DNA of 64,000 nucleotides from Macrostomum hystrix (taxonomy: Eukaryota > Animalia > Platyhelminthes). This document shows positions 37,501 to 48,600 of this stretch, piece by piece. Each line of letters starts with the position of its first letter. Position 1 is the first letter of the stretch. Under the pieces are notes generated by a model, which worked only from the letters and a program-made list of their open reading frames with translations, did not search any database and was not told the DNA's origin. The translations under genes were made by a program, and so were the position numbers. The stretch covers positions 26,040,001 to 26,104,000 of the forward strand of contig CATNEN010000001.1 in assembly GCA_950097015.1 (NCBI GenBank), in the 5' to 3' direction.

Positions 37501-40500
37501 TAGTTTAAGGAATGTGTAGTTTAGGGAATCTGTAGTTTAGGGAATGTATAGTTTAGGGAATGTGTAGTTTAGGGAATATGTAGTTTAGGGAATGTGTAGT
37601 TTAGGGAATATGTTTTTCTTTGGAGTGTGTAGTTTGGGGAATGTTTTTTGTGTGGAGTGTGTAGTGACTGATAAAACTGAGAATGTCAACAGCAGCCCCA
37701 ATTTAATCATGTTTTTGTCTGCTCAGAGAAAAATTGCAGCCAATCGAGACTTAGCCCGGAACCGGTTGGGACAATGCCGGAAATATCGTTGCTTGTCATT
37801 TTATTCTGAAAACACCTGACGAAAATCATTCTCGAATCCTTGGATTGCTCGAGCTTTAACTAATTAAAACTGGCGAGCCACCTGGGACTCAACTCGCGAT
37901 GTGCTCAGTCATGTCTCACTGTCGCTTGATGCTCAGTTCGGCAATTAACCCAACAGGTGTAGAGTTCAGAAGTGCCTCTTAAGATTGTCGATTCGCACCT
38001 GTCAATCTGTTGTTGTCTGTCTAAAATTTAGCTGTGAATTATTGAAATTCCATTTTCGGTCTGCGCATTCGTTGCGGGCCAACCTCCAAGGCACTGTGAA
38101 AGTGTACACTGCCTGACGATGAGAAAGTCAAAGCAGATGTATACACTCCCCTATGTGCTCAGGAGTCAGCGAAATGGGCAGAATTGCCTCCTCGCTGGCT
38201 GCGGGTCTAGTGCCACCAGTTGATGTCCCATTGCCCCGCAGCCCTCCCACTTCGTAACAAATGGAGTTGTAAGAGCGTCTGACTCAGCGACTTGATGGTC
38301 GTGGGTTCGATTCCCGACTTCCGATTCCCGATTGGATGTGGCGTCCATGGACTGAGCAGCCGTACGCAGCCTTCAGGTGCGCTGCGCAAAAATTAATAAA
38401 ATTATTGTAAAGAACAGACAGGCGAGATTTTGTGAGCGTGGCGAATCCCTACTCAAATGACTCAAATATTGTCTGAGTCTGTCCTGTAAGTTCAAGTGTT
38501 TGCAGTCTCAGATTAAATTTCGAGTTTCGCTAAGCTGACGACAAACGAACTGTCCCGGCTGTCATTTTGTCAAGCCTTAGCCCCATCGCTTATAGAGAGA
38601 ATCTGAGCAACCCGAGAACCGGTGATCAACCGGCTGAGGAAGTGAGAAAACGGAATTCGCTTGTCGGATTTGGATATTTTCGCATCGCTTCAATAATCCG
38701 TAGCCCTTTTTCAAAGTCTTTAAAATACAGAAATGCACTAAATATGGCGAGTATGATCGCGGCATCATGTGATGTCTTCGTATGATTTATGAATCTTTTA
38801 GATTGCTTTTAAAAGCATATCTTATATTGCTCACTTCTACATTGTGTACCCTTGCATTTAGATAAAGGTACGAGTATTTCCCTTGATGAAAAGTACTTTC
38901 CTGTCTCCCTATCTCCTCTTCTGAGTCTCACCTTTCTCTCCCCATGTGAGTCTCCCCATTCTCCTCCTCTGAGTCTCCCCATTCTCCTCCTCTGAGTCTT
39001 CCCATTCTCCTCCTCTGAGTCTCCCCATTCTCCTCCTCTGAGTCTTCCCATTCTCCTCCTCTGAGTCTCCCCATTCTCCTCCTCTGAGTCTTCCCATTTT
39101 CCTCCTCTGAGTCTTCCCATTCTCCTCCTCTGAGTCTTCCCATTCTCCTCCTCTGAGTCTCCCCATTCTCCTCCTCTGAGTCTTCCCATTTTCCTCCTCT
39201 GAGTCTCCCCATTCTCCTCCTCTGAGTCTTCCCTTTCTCCTCCTCTGAGTCTCCTCCTTATCCTCCTCTGAGTCCCCCTTTCTCCTCCTCTGAGTCTCTC
39301 CCGCCACCCCTCGCAGACTCCCATAAACTGCCCCTCAACATCTCTCTTCCCATACTTGTGAGTCAGATTTCCGGTCCCAGCTGCCTCCTTTAGCCGGGCG
39401 GCAACTAAAAATGGTTCTCCCCCTGGCTTCTTTCTCCGTCTTTCTTTCCTTTTCATCTCATTGTCAATGCTGCAGGAAGCTGTCACACAGCTGCTCTCGC
39501 AGTCTCCAGCAAGTCGCAGAAAGTGAGGCTCCAAAGCAGACTTTTGCCCAATTGAATTTTGCGCCAACCAAAACGGCTCATGTGGCCATTGTGGTGTCGC
39601 AAAGGGCTGCTTCTGCATCCGCAATGTCTGCTTTTAGTCTACAAGTTTTCCATGGACGGGTAGACACGCGTCTCATTGCGCACAAGTGTCCGCCCATGTA
39701 CTCCGGCTAAAGCCTGGCAAAAGCGAGAGTCCATTTCCATGAAACTCCTTGTCTTCCGTGACTGCAATCTATTTGCGAAACTTGGCAAAGAAGATTGACT
39801 GAAACTGCTAGCTAGGGGAATGGCAGGGACGACTGTTTAATATCCGCTGCTGCTGCTGCCGCTTCTTGCACTACTATTGAGACTTTTTAGAAAAGTGCTT
39901 CTGGAAGACGAAGAGGTGTGGCGCATAGAGGAGAGCGAGTGGAAAATGAGGCACTGGAAGTGAAACCAGGGGTAACAATTATGGACAATTTCCACAGAAC
40001 TGGTGGCTGAGACTGGCTCAGAAAATCAATTGTTTCTCTATCGCTATAGCAGCAGAACTCGCTACATGCTCAATAAGCTGTCAGCCCTGGCCCCATTCCC
40101 AGGTAGTCCAGGTCCAGGTATCGATGGCTGACGGGAGCTGAAAACCCGCAAGCAATTTCCCAAACTGCCTGTCCTCAGCCAGAGTGAAAGAAAGAGTAAA
40201 AAAAAGCTACCAGGTTGAGTAGAGCATCAGCTGCACGGACTCAAGCAGCAGAGAGTCATCAAAAGAATTTGAAAAGCATCCATCATTTTAGCCTGCCAAA
40301 GCGCCCAATTGTGGATCGATATTTTAAAGCAAAGGTTTCTAAAGGTGCATTGTGGAAATGCTTTAAACAAATCGATGCATACTTTGGAACTACAACTGGA
40401 TACGCGCCTTTTGAGGACCAGGCTAAGCTAGAACTAAAATGTACTCAGTGCTAGGTTTAGGCGTCCATCAATGATAGCTCGTTGATAGTATTGACCATAG

Positions 40501-43253
40501 ACTATAGAGATTGACCAACCACAAGCGAGAAATGACCAGAGGTCGTACCAAATGGAAGTTATTTGGCTAGACATTCAACTGTTACGCTCGTATGACAGAA
40601 TATCATGCATTTCTCATAAAAGAATTCCCGCATTATGCATTCGGAGTACACTAATGGTGTTTATAGGGTATTGCAATGGTCTATAAGGTTTAGCAATGGT
40701 CTTTAGGGTATTTAAATGGTTTTAAGCTGTAAAAACGGTCTTCAGGGTGTCACTATGATCTTAAGGCTGTAACAACGGTCTTTAGGGGGTCACAATGATC
40801 TTTAGGGTGTCACAATGATCTTTAGGGTGTCACAACGGTGATTAGGGTGTAACAAAGGTCTTTAGGGTGTCACCATGATCTTAAGGCTGTAATAACGGTC
40901 TTTAGGGTGTTACAACGGTCTTTAGGGTGTTACAAAGGTTTTTAGGGTGTTACAAAGGTCTTTAGGGTGTTACAAAGGTCTTTAGGGTGTCACTTTGATC
41001 TTAAGGCTGTAATAACGGTCTTTAGGGTGTTACAACGGTCTTTTAGGGTGTAAAAACGGTCTTTTAGGGTGTAACAACGGACTTTTGGCACACTGAATCT
41101 CAGGTCATAACGCTGCTCAAAGCAGTATGACCGGATTTGTGATAGATGATCAATAAAATGAGTCATATTTTGTTTGAAATAGTCGTCAAGGCCGTTCGCT
41201 TTGATGCAGCTGATGAAAAACTGAACAAGCATTCGAAATCGACGCCATGGAAATACCTGCTGATTGCAGCTGTGACAAGCCTATAAATAGACGTATAAAT
41301 ACGAGCTAGATAGTCGCAGATTCTCAGATTACCTGATAGCGCCTGCATTCAAGGCAGCTGAAATGCAGTTAAAGCAATTCTTTCTGGGGTATATAGGAGG
41401 AGACAAATAGGTGCAGTGATCAAGGAAGGCTATTGTGTCACACTGCAACTGTCTAAGCCTTAGTTGGTCTCTAACTAGGCGAGTGTGAATGGTTTTTAAA
41501 TAGAAATGTTTCGCCTATTTCCAATCGCCTAGAGATGCAGCGAAATTTCGCTATATTTGTCGCACTGTTGATTTGGTATCGCGTCAATTTTGGCCTATCG
41601 ATCTGAATTAAAAAAATGTTCATCGCCCATTCAGTATCTTGTTAGGCACTCCAGGGCAGCAAATGCTAATGATTGGACTGTCGACGGTTTGACGGGACAA
41701 CTGAATATTTGTTGTTGTTGAATCGTTGAATATCTCTACGATGCCGATGTTTTGTGATTTTGCAAATTGTTTCATCGAAAAGCGAAAAATTGAAATATAT
41801 TTAATTGTTCAATATTTTAACAGCTGCAGAACAAAAAAGAGGGTATTTGAAATACTCCCGTGATCTGCATACTGTCAAACATCTGGCTTATCTCATAGAT
41901 CCAACCCCTCACAATGCCTCTCAGCGCCTGCTGTTCCGACAGCCCAAGGTCACGAAAGTGTATCCGGACGCAGACGGACAAGTCCAGCCGAACTCGGTCA
42001 ACAGTGGTCCCGGGCCATTGTCCACCGATGCAGCCAGGGGCACGCGGAAGCTTCTGGCGAGCTTCGACTCGGACGAGAGCGCCTACCAGAGCGGCAACAG
42101 CAGCCCGGCGGCGGGCGGGCCTCAGCCAGCGACTGTTGGCGCCGATGAGACAGCTTCGACATCGACGGTGCTGACCATTGCGTCAGGAGTGTCTCCCAAG
42201 TCGGCGCTGGAACGGCTCACACCGCTGGATGGCGAACCGGCTGTCGCAGGTAGCGAAGGCACCGCCTCACTCGGCTGCACCGAGTTGGGAGAAATTCGAA
42301 CCATCAAGCCGTCTGAGGCCAATGAGCAGCCGGCGCAGACAGGTGGGCAGGCACTGCAGGAGTGCAGCAACTGCCAGAAGACCGCAGCCATCAGGACTGT
42401 CAGCGGTAGGTGCGTGCACTTCTCCAACGAGAATCCGCTGTCTGATATTGCTAGCGAGGCTGACGCGGATGTCGGAGAGGACGAGGAAAATGAAGTCGAT
42501 GATGATGAAGGTGACGAGCCGACAACGTCGGCAGTCACGGAAGCCGAGTTTCGCGACCGTTTGAAGCGCCTCTTCGGACTGCAGCATCGGCCAAGCGAGG
42601 ACACAGCATCCGCGTCCGCCTCGGGTGCCGCCGACGCATCCGGCTCCGCCGCGTCCATCGACCAAGACTCCAGCGTGGACCTGCGCCAGCATCCAAGTCA
42701 GCAGCACCGGCTGCAGTCAGCCGCGGGCCCCTCACGGTCTCGACGCCAGAGCCTGGCCGCTCGAATCTTCGGCCGCCTCCCAACTGCGCTTGGCGGTCGA
42801 CGACGCAGCGACGCTGACGATGAGTCCCGCGTCGGCTCCGCGGCGGACCTCGGCTCCGAGGCCACCGGCTCCACCACTGGCGGCCTGTGCAACATCTGCG
42901 GCGAGCCCAACTGCGAGGCGCACGCCGACTTCGACGACCAGTGCTGGCCTCGGCGGCAGCTGCGGCTGCTCGGCTGCTACAAGACCAAGGAGGAGCGCGA
43001 GCGCGCCCAGATGCTGGAGAACAACCTGGTGGCGCGTGTCACCACCATCATTGTCGTGCTAATCATCCTGGGCCTCATAATCGGCCTGATTGTGTTGGCC
43101 AGCACCGCCCCGTCTTCTTCGTCCTCGACATCTACGACTACAACGTCGAGTACGACGAGAGCAACGACCAGCACCACGAGAGCAACGACCAGCACGACTG
43201 GAGCGACCACCGCAACGGCGCCAACAGCGCAAACTACAAATTTTTCGGGTTAA
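31544..43253 (+). CDS. Orphan single-pass membrane protein (proposed exons 31544-31556, 41899-43253; ~455 aa)
   Basis: 1.35-kb GC-rich exon with acidic low-complexity region, CNICGEPNCEAH motif, TM segment VTTIIVVLIILGLIIGLIVLA and Thr-rich tail; its acceptor (catag|AT) needs phase 1, supplied by ATG TCC AAT GCG G|gtaaga at 31544-31556, giving MSNADPTPH; the first-exon link is inferred. Confidence 0.65.
32440..33620. repeat. (GAGT)n microsatellite, ~1.2 kb
   Basis: Visible. Confidence 0.98.
34190..37615. repeat. 16-bp minisatellite (agtttagggaatgtgt)n with four interspersed 119-bp inserts
   Basis: Inserts at 34812-34930, 35329-35447, 36135-36253, 36607-36725, copies of 31415-31533. Confidence 0.97.
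38915..39300. repeat. 23-bp minisatellite (ctgagtctccccattctcctcct)n
   Basis: Visible tandem units. Confidence 0.95.
40670..41080. repeat. 20-bp minisatellite (tttagggtgttacaacggtc)n
   Basis: Visible, degenerate at the 5' end. Confidence 0.9.
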
Positions 43254-45641
43254 GTCGCTCCTCGGATGACTACATCTTGTTGCTCTTGTCTTTCTCGTTT
43301 ATTTTGAATATTTTTTTCCGAGTAAATAGTTTTTTTAGAGTCAGTGGCAAGAGAAGGACCTGCAAACTGAAGTTTGTTGTGCTGCGTAAAACCTTACCGC
43401 TTTCGTAGCGATTGTGAATTTTGTTTTCATTAGCGTACCGCCTGCAGCACAGTATTTGCTGACACCTGCTTGTCACTCGCCGTACACTCTACTGACAACA
43501 CTGGTATGAGTAGAAACTCACACAAACTTCAGTTTTAATTGTAGACACTAATAACTGAGTTCTCGGTTTGAATGCCTCAGCTTTATATTGCGTTTCTTGT
43601 CAACGGTTTTGCGCGACCTCAACTTGTTGCAACTAATCAGTCCCAGTGAATTCCATACTCAACCAAGACAATGTCACCCTATTGGATGTAACTTGCTTGT
43701 TCTGAATGTTTGTATATACTGTCCTGTCCTATCCAGTGTAAAAAACTACTATGGGGAGATTTGGGCCATAAAAACCTTTGTTCGAGCTGGAGACTGCTGC
43801 TAGGAGTTCGAATCCCAGCCACAAAGATAAAATGTGTCCTTGCGCGAGATAATTAATTATAAAGTGTTTCAGTTAACGCAGCTTTAATGGGTACCAGCGT
43901 TCCCCCAGTCAATGTACTGAACAGCTGTACGAGTACAAAACCTTGCACAGCCGGGAAACATATACCTTGCCACCTCACGGACAGCTAGCCTTGACAAAGC
44001 TTTTCTTTGTCTTCAATCATTAAAGACCTTGTATTTAGTCTAGATTTTATTTTGCTTATTGTAAAGCACGCGCAGAGATTAAAAAATATTTTGCGAATTC
44101 CGCACTGCACTGACGTTGATTCCAGAAAGTTTGAAATGTGATTTTTTCTTTTTTAAAATTGCATGCATGCAATTAAAGACATAAGAGTATCAAGTCATAT
44201 TTAAGAGCTAAAAAGGCCGTCTCAAAGTGTAACTTTGAATCTTGAGTAATGACCTAAATAATTAGGTCTAACAAATAGATAGTGACGAATACGTTTTTCA
44301 GATCGTTAATATATATTTGTTATAATTTTCAATTTCAAAATGTTGGTTACATCATTCAAATTCGACCAAATAGAGCGTAGACAGAAGTCGAATTGAAAAC
44401 GTTTAAACATGCAAAAAACTTGATAAGCCGAGTTGACTACCAGCTAAATTTCAAAATAGCGTTAAATATATATTACAGAATCGCATACACAATGTCGGCG
44501 AGTGGCTAATATAATGCACGAGCCTCATTGGTCTGCCGGAAATGTCTGTACTCTTCGTCAATCGATCACTTATTTTATTCTGAGCCTCACTTTTCAATCA
44601 ACACGTATATTTCTCTTCTATGTATAGCTCTTCTTCTGGTTAAAAATTTGGAAATTAAGCACTAAGTTGACTAACTAAAACTACAAGTACAAGTATATAT
44701 TTAATGCCGGACTTGAAAATGTTCTAAATATTACATTTTCAATCGAAACTCAGTCAGAATTAACAAAATCGCCAGTGAATTCTAAAAAATATTCTGCGCG
44801 ATAAAAATTGGAAAATATAGTTTTCTAAAAAGCAATCCATTGTACATTACGACACATACAAAAGATACACACAAGGTGCATATTTCATGTACCACAGAAC
44901 AATAGTACAGTAAGTGAGCCATATTTTTACAATTCCAAATCTGTAAAAAAGTAAATAAACGTCACTTCTTTATTCAATTTAACAAAAACTGGAAATAAAA
45001 GTAGTTTTTTAATGCTAATTTAATTTCTTTAAACAACTAAAATGTGTTACTTTGAAAGTTTCATATCAGTTATCTATAAAAAGTTCCTATACATAGTATA
45101 GGCGTAGCTTTAGGGAGAAATTTTTCATATTAATTTAAACCCGTGTCAAAAAACATAATTTCTACTTAAAATATTGATCAGTTCAATCATATATATACTT
45201 TAATTTAATCTTCAGAAAACTGTATTTACATATTTTTTTAAATCTTAACTGATTAAAGAAGTTCTATGATACAAATTCATTTTTATTTAATTTTGGAGTT
45301 GTAACATTTTCAGAAATTTTGAGAGAACCAAACAAAATTTGTCATTCCGCTTAAAAATCTGACTTTTTACGCACTGATTTCAAATGTATTGTTCACTTTA
45401 GGATATTCTACATCTAGTTTATTTCCGCGCTAAAAAGTCTCTAAAATAGGTCAGCTTTCTGGCCTTTTTCAGTATAGCTTCCACTTTTTTCGTTTTTCGC
45501 ATCAAGTTGCACATAAATTGGTGCTTCCAGTAAAATAAACTACCATGGAAATATTTCAGTTCGTCTAAAAAATTCGTTGGCGCTTTAATACAACGATTGC
45601 AAGATACGAGTAAAATTGTTAAAAGTACACGGCAAACCTCC

Positions 45642-48600
45642 TCACAGATCGCTAGTAGGCAGGCCTGATGAAGACTGACCCGATGTCACGTGATACTCGC
45701 CAGACGTCGACGCTGGGCCTCCGCCGCTGACTGAGTTCTGTTGGCCGCCCAGCAGCGGCTCGGAGTGCTTGGAGCAGCGCCTGCCGCCGCTTCCACCGCC
45801 GGCGCCGACACCGCCGTCCTTGGAGCGCAGCTTCAGCCGCTTCTTCCAGTAGGCCTTGCCGAGCTTCTCGGACTGGTGCGCGTGGGTGGCGCTCTCGGCC
45901 ACCAGCTTGCGCATGCGCTTGACCTTGCCGCCGGCGAAGCTGTTGACTTTAGCCAGCAGTGCCTTCGTTGCGTACTCCTGCACGGAGCTCTTGGACACGT
46001 GCACAATCTGGGAGTGCGAGTAGTACAGCATGAAGTGGTTCACTAGGATGGGCACGGTGAATGCGATCAGCAGCAGGCCGCTCAGAGCGCAGGCTGAGCC
46101 GACGATTCTACCTGGCGAGGTTCGGGTTTGTCGTGACGATGAATTGCTGCTGCTGCTGGTGCTGCTTACAAAAAATAGTCTATGGCCAATTTTAGCGAAA
46201 AGTGGAAAGATTCATGAACGGTGCCGAGTGCGCTCATGTCGTAATTTTGCCTTTGGACGTTTGAGTTGGCATTGATGAATATCATTCTCGTTTGACGCGC
46301 CTCATTCTACCATAGATATAATCAATCTAGCATGCCTCCTAAATGCAAAATTGACAAAATACCATAGACAAAATCAATCCTGTTAACCAGAATTAATCGA
46401 TAGTAAAGTGAAGAAAATTGAATAGCTAGACATAGACAAAAGCCCAGGTAGAAAAAATCTGATTCGAAAAAGGCGGAAAAAATAACTTTCATCTTCTTCT
46501 TGTAAAGTGCACGTACGGCAGCCCCCTAGCCATCTCCTCGCGGCTGCGCCACAAATGAATGCGGCCAAGTCACGGAATCGAGCTCAGGGACCTTGGTGCG
46601 AGAGGCAAACGCGTTTGACCGCTCTGCCACTCATGCCAGACAGTTTTTCTACTTTTACAGTCCTCAGCTGTACGATATACTCCAATTTTGTAACGAGCAA
46701 TAACAATTTATAGCGAGAAATTTATCCTACTGTAAAATCTTTTCTGTGGGACAAACAGTTCATTTTACAGTAGCTTTCTTGTTACATTCTTTTGCAACGA
46801 ACCAAACTGTAGCATCGATTCGTAAATGAACTTTCTTTAACTATTCAGGCCTGCAGAAATACGTATTGAAAAAAAACTATTAGAAGCGTAGCATATTGTT
46901 CAGGAAGAAAATGTTAAATTTTAAATATTAGCAGGCAACGAATAAATAAAATATCTGCTGCTTTCGATTCCGCAATAAAACTAGCAGACCCAGTCCCAAA
47001 AAGCAGCAGCTAGTTTATTGCGTGGGCCCCTAAAAACTTCAAAATCAGAAAGCTTTTATTTATCCCTGTCAAACGCTCTTATCGAATCGAGTGCAAAAAC
47101 AAGAGGCGAAATTGGCGATCTTGAAGTGGCGAAGTCTGCAAACGCTGCGTCAGCATCTTATCTTCCGCGTCGACTGCTTTGCTATTTTCGGTTCGACTTT
47201 TTTTCGCTCCGAGAAGTACCAAGTTTAAGCGAGGTTTTGCACAAGCCTATTACCTTCCTTAACTGAAGTGTTAATTTCTGTAATCCGCTAACTTATCAAT
47301 CCACGACTTGATCCGAGTAAATACTTGGGGTCCGCAATTCTCCCGCCAGAAGGCCTAAAATCGGCTCCGAACAGCACCTTAACCCTATCTCATATTTCTG
47401 CGTGTAAAACTATAGCAATGGGTAGCCTAGTGCCAAAGTACAGCTTAACACAAGCTTATTGCAGTACCAGACACATTGAGCATCACCTCACCTGGCCAGG
47501 TCTGTGGCACAAGGTCGCCGTAGCCCACGGTAGTCATGGTAACCAAGGACCACCAGAAGCCGTCGAACATGGAGGTGAACCTTGAATCGGTGCCCTGCCG
47601 GTTGCACTTGGAGCAGTCGATGGGAGCGCCGGAGAGTCCGCTGGCGGCGCCTCCAGCCGAGGTCGGCGTGTCGGACTTCTCGCAGAAGAAGATCAGCGTG
47701 CTGAACAGCAGAGTGCCAAGCGCGACAAAGACTCCCATGAGCATCAGGTCGCGGAAAGAGGTGCGCAGAGTGTAGATGAGCACCTGCAGGCCTCGGTAGT
47801 GCCTGCCAATCCTGAGCAGCCTCATGAACAGGGTGATCTTCATAAAGGCGATGTACTCAGCCGGCCCGAAATAGCTGCTATCGGAGAACTCGACAATTCC
47901 GCAGAAGAACTTCAGCAGCTCGTTGATGTAGAACGGCAGGATGGACAGGAAGTCGATGATGGTGTAGTTGTTTTTGAAGTAGGCCAGCTTATTCTTGCAG
48001 CAGATGAAGCGCACACAGAAGTCAAAGGTCAGCGTGCCGAAGGCGATCCAGTCGGGAAAGGTGAGCCAGTCTACTTTGATCTTGGCGCCCGCGTCCGTTC
48101 GGTTTCCGTACCAAGACGGGTGCTTAGCCGAGTAGAAGGCCACTTCTCCGTTCGTCATGGGCCGTTGAAATCGTTCCGAGGTGCTAGCGACAAAGCTGAA
48201 GACGGTGTACAGGACCGTCACGCTGAGGATCACTGCGTACACAGCCGCTGGGAAGCTGGACGACGGATGGTCGAGAATCTTCCAACAGCGCTTGCGCAGC
48301 GCGATTAGCGCCTCCTTGATTCGCTTGCGCCAGCCTGGAAAGGAAGTTTGTTTGCGGTTGCACTCTTTTGTCAGATACCATTGCACTCTGACTTTGAAAG
48401 GCGCTGATTGGCTGTTCTCAAGGTCACCACTCCTACCCCCATATCGTTCTCTTTTAGGCTCTGACGGCGCTGATTGGCTGCTCTCAAGGTCGTCTCTCTT
48501 ACCCAATGGAAGTATCGCGATGCGGAGTATTTTTATAAAATAATAGAATAGTCAACAAAACAAGAGATGCGCCTGTTACCATGCATTTTGGACAGGTCCT

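Noticed and set aside
34190-37615. CRISPR-like repeat/spacer array
   Set aside because: Eukaryotic context, no cas genes, the inserts are identical to each other and the repeats are contiguous minisatellite units.
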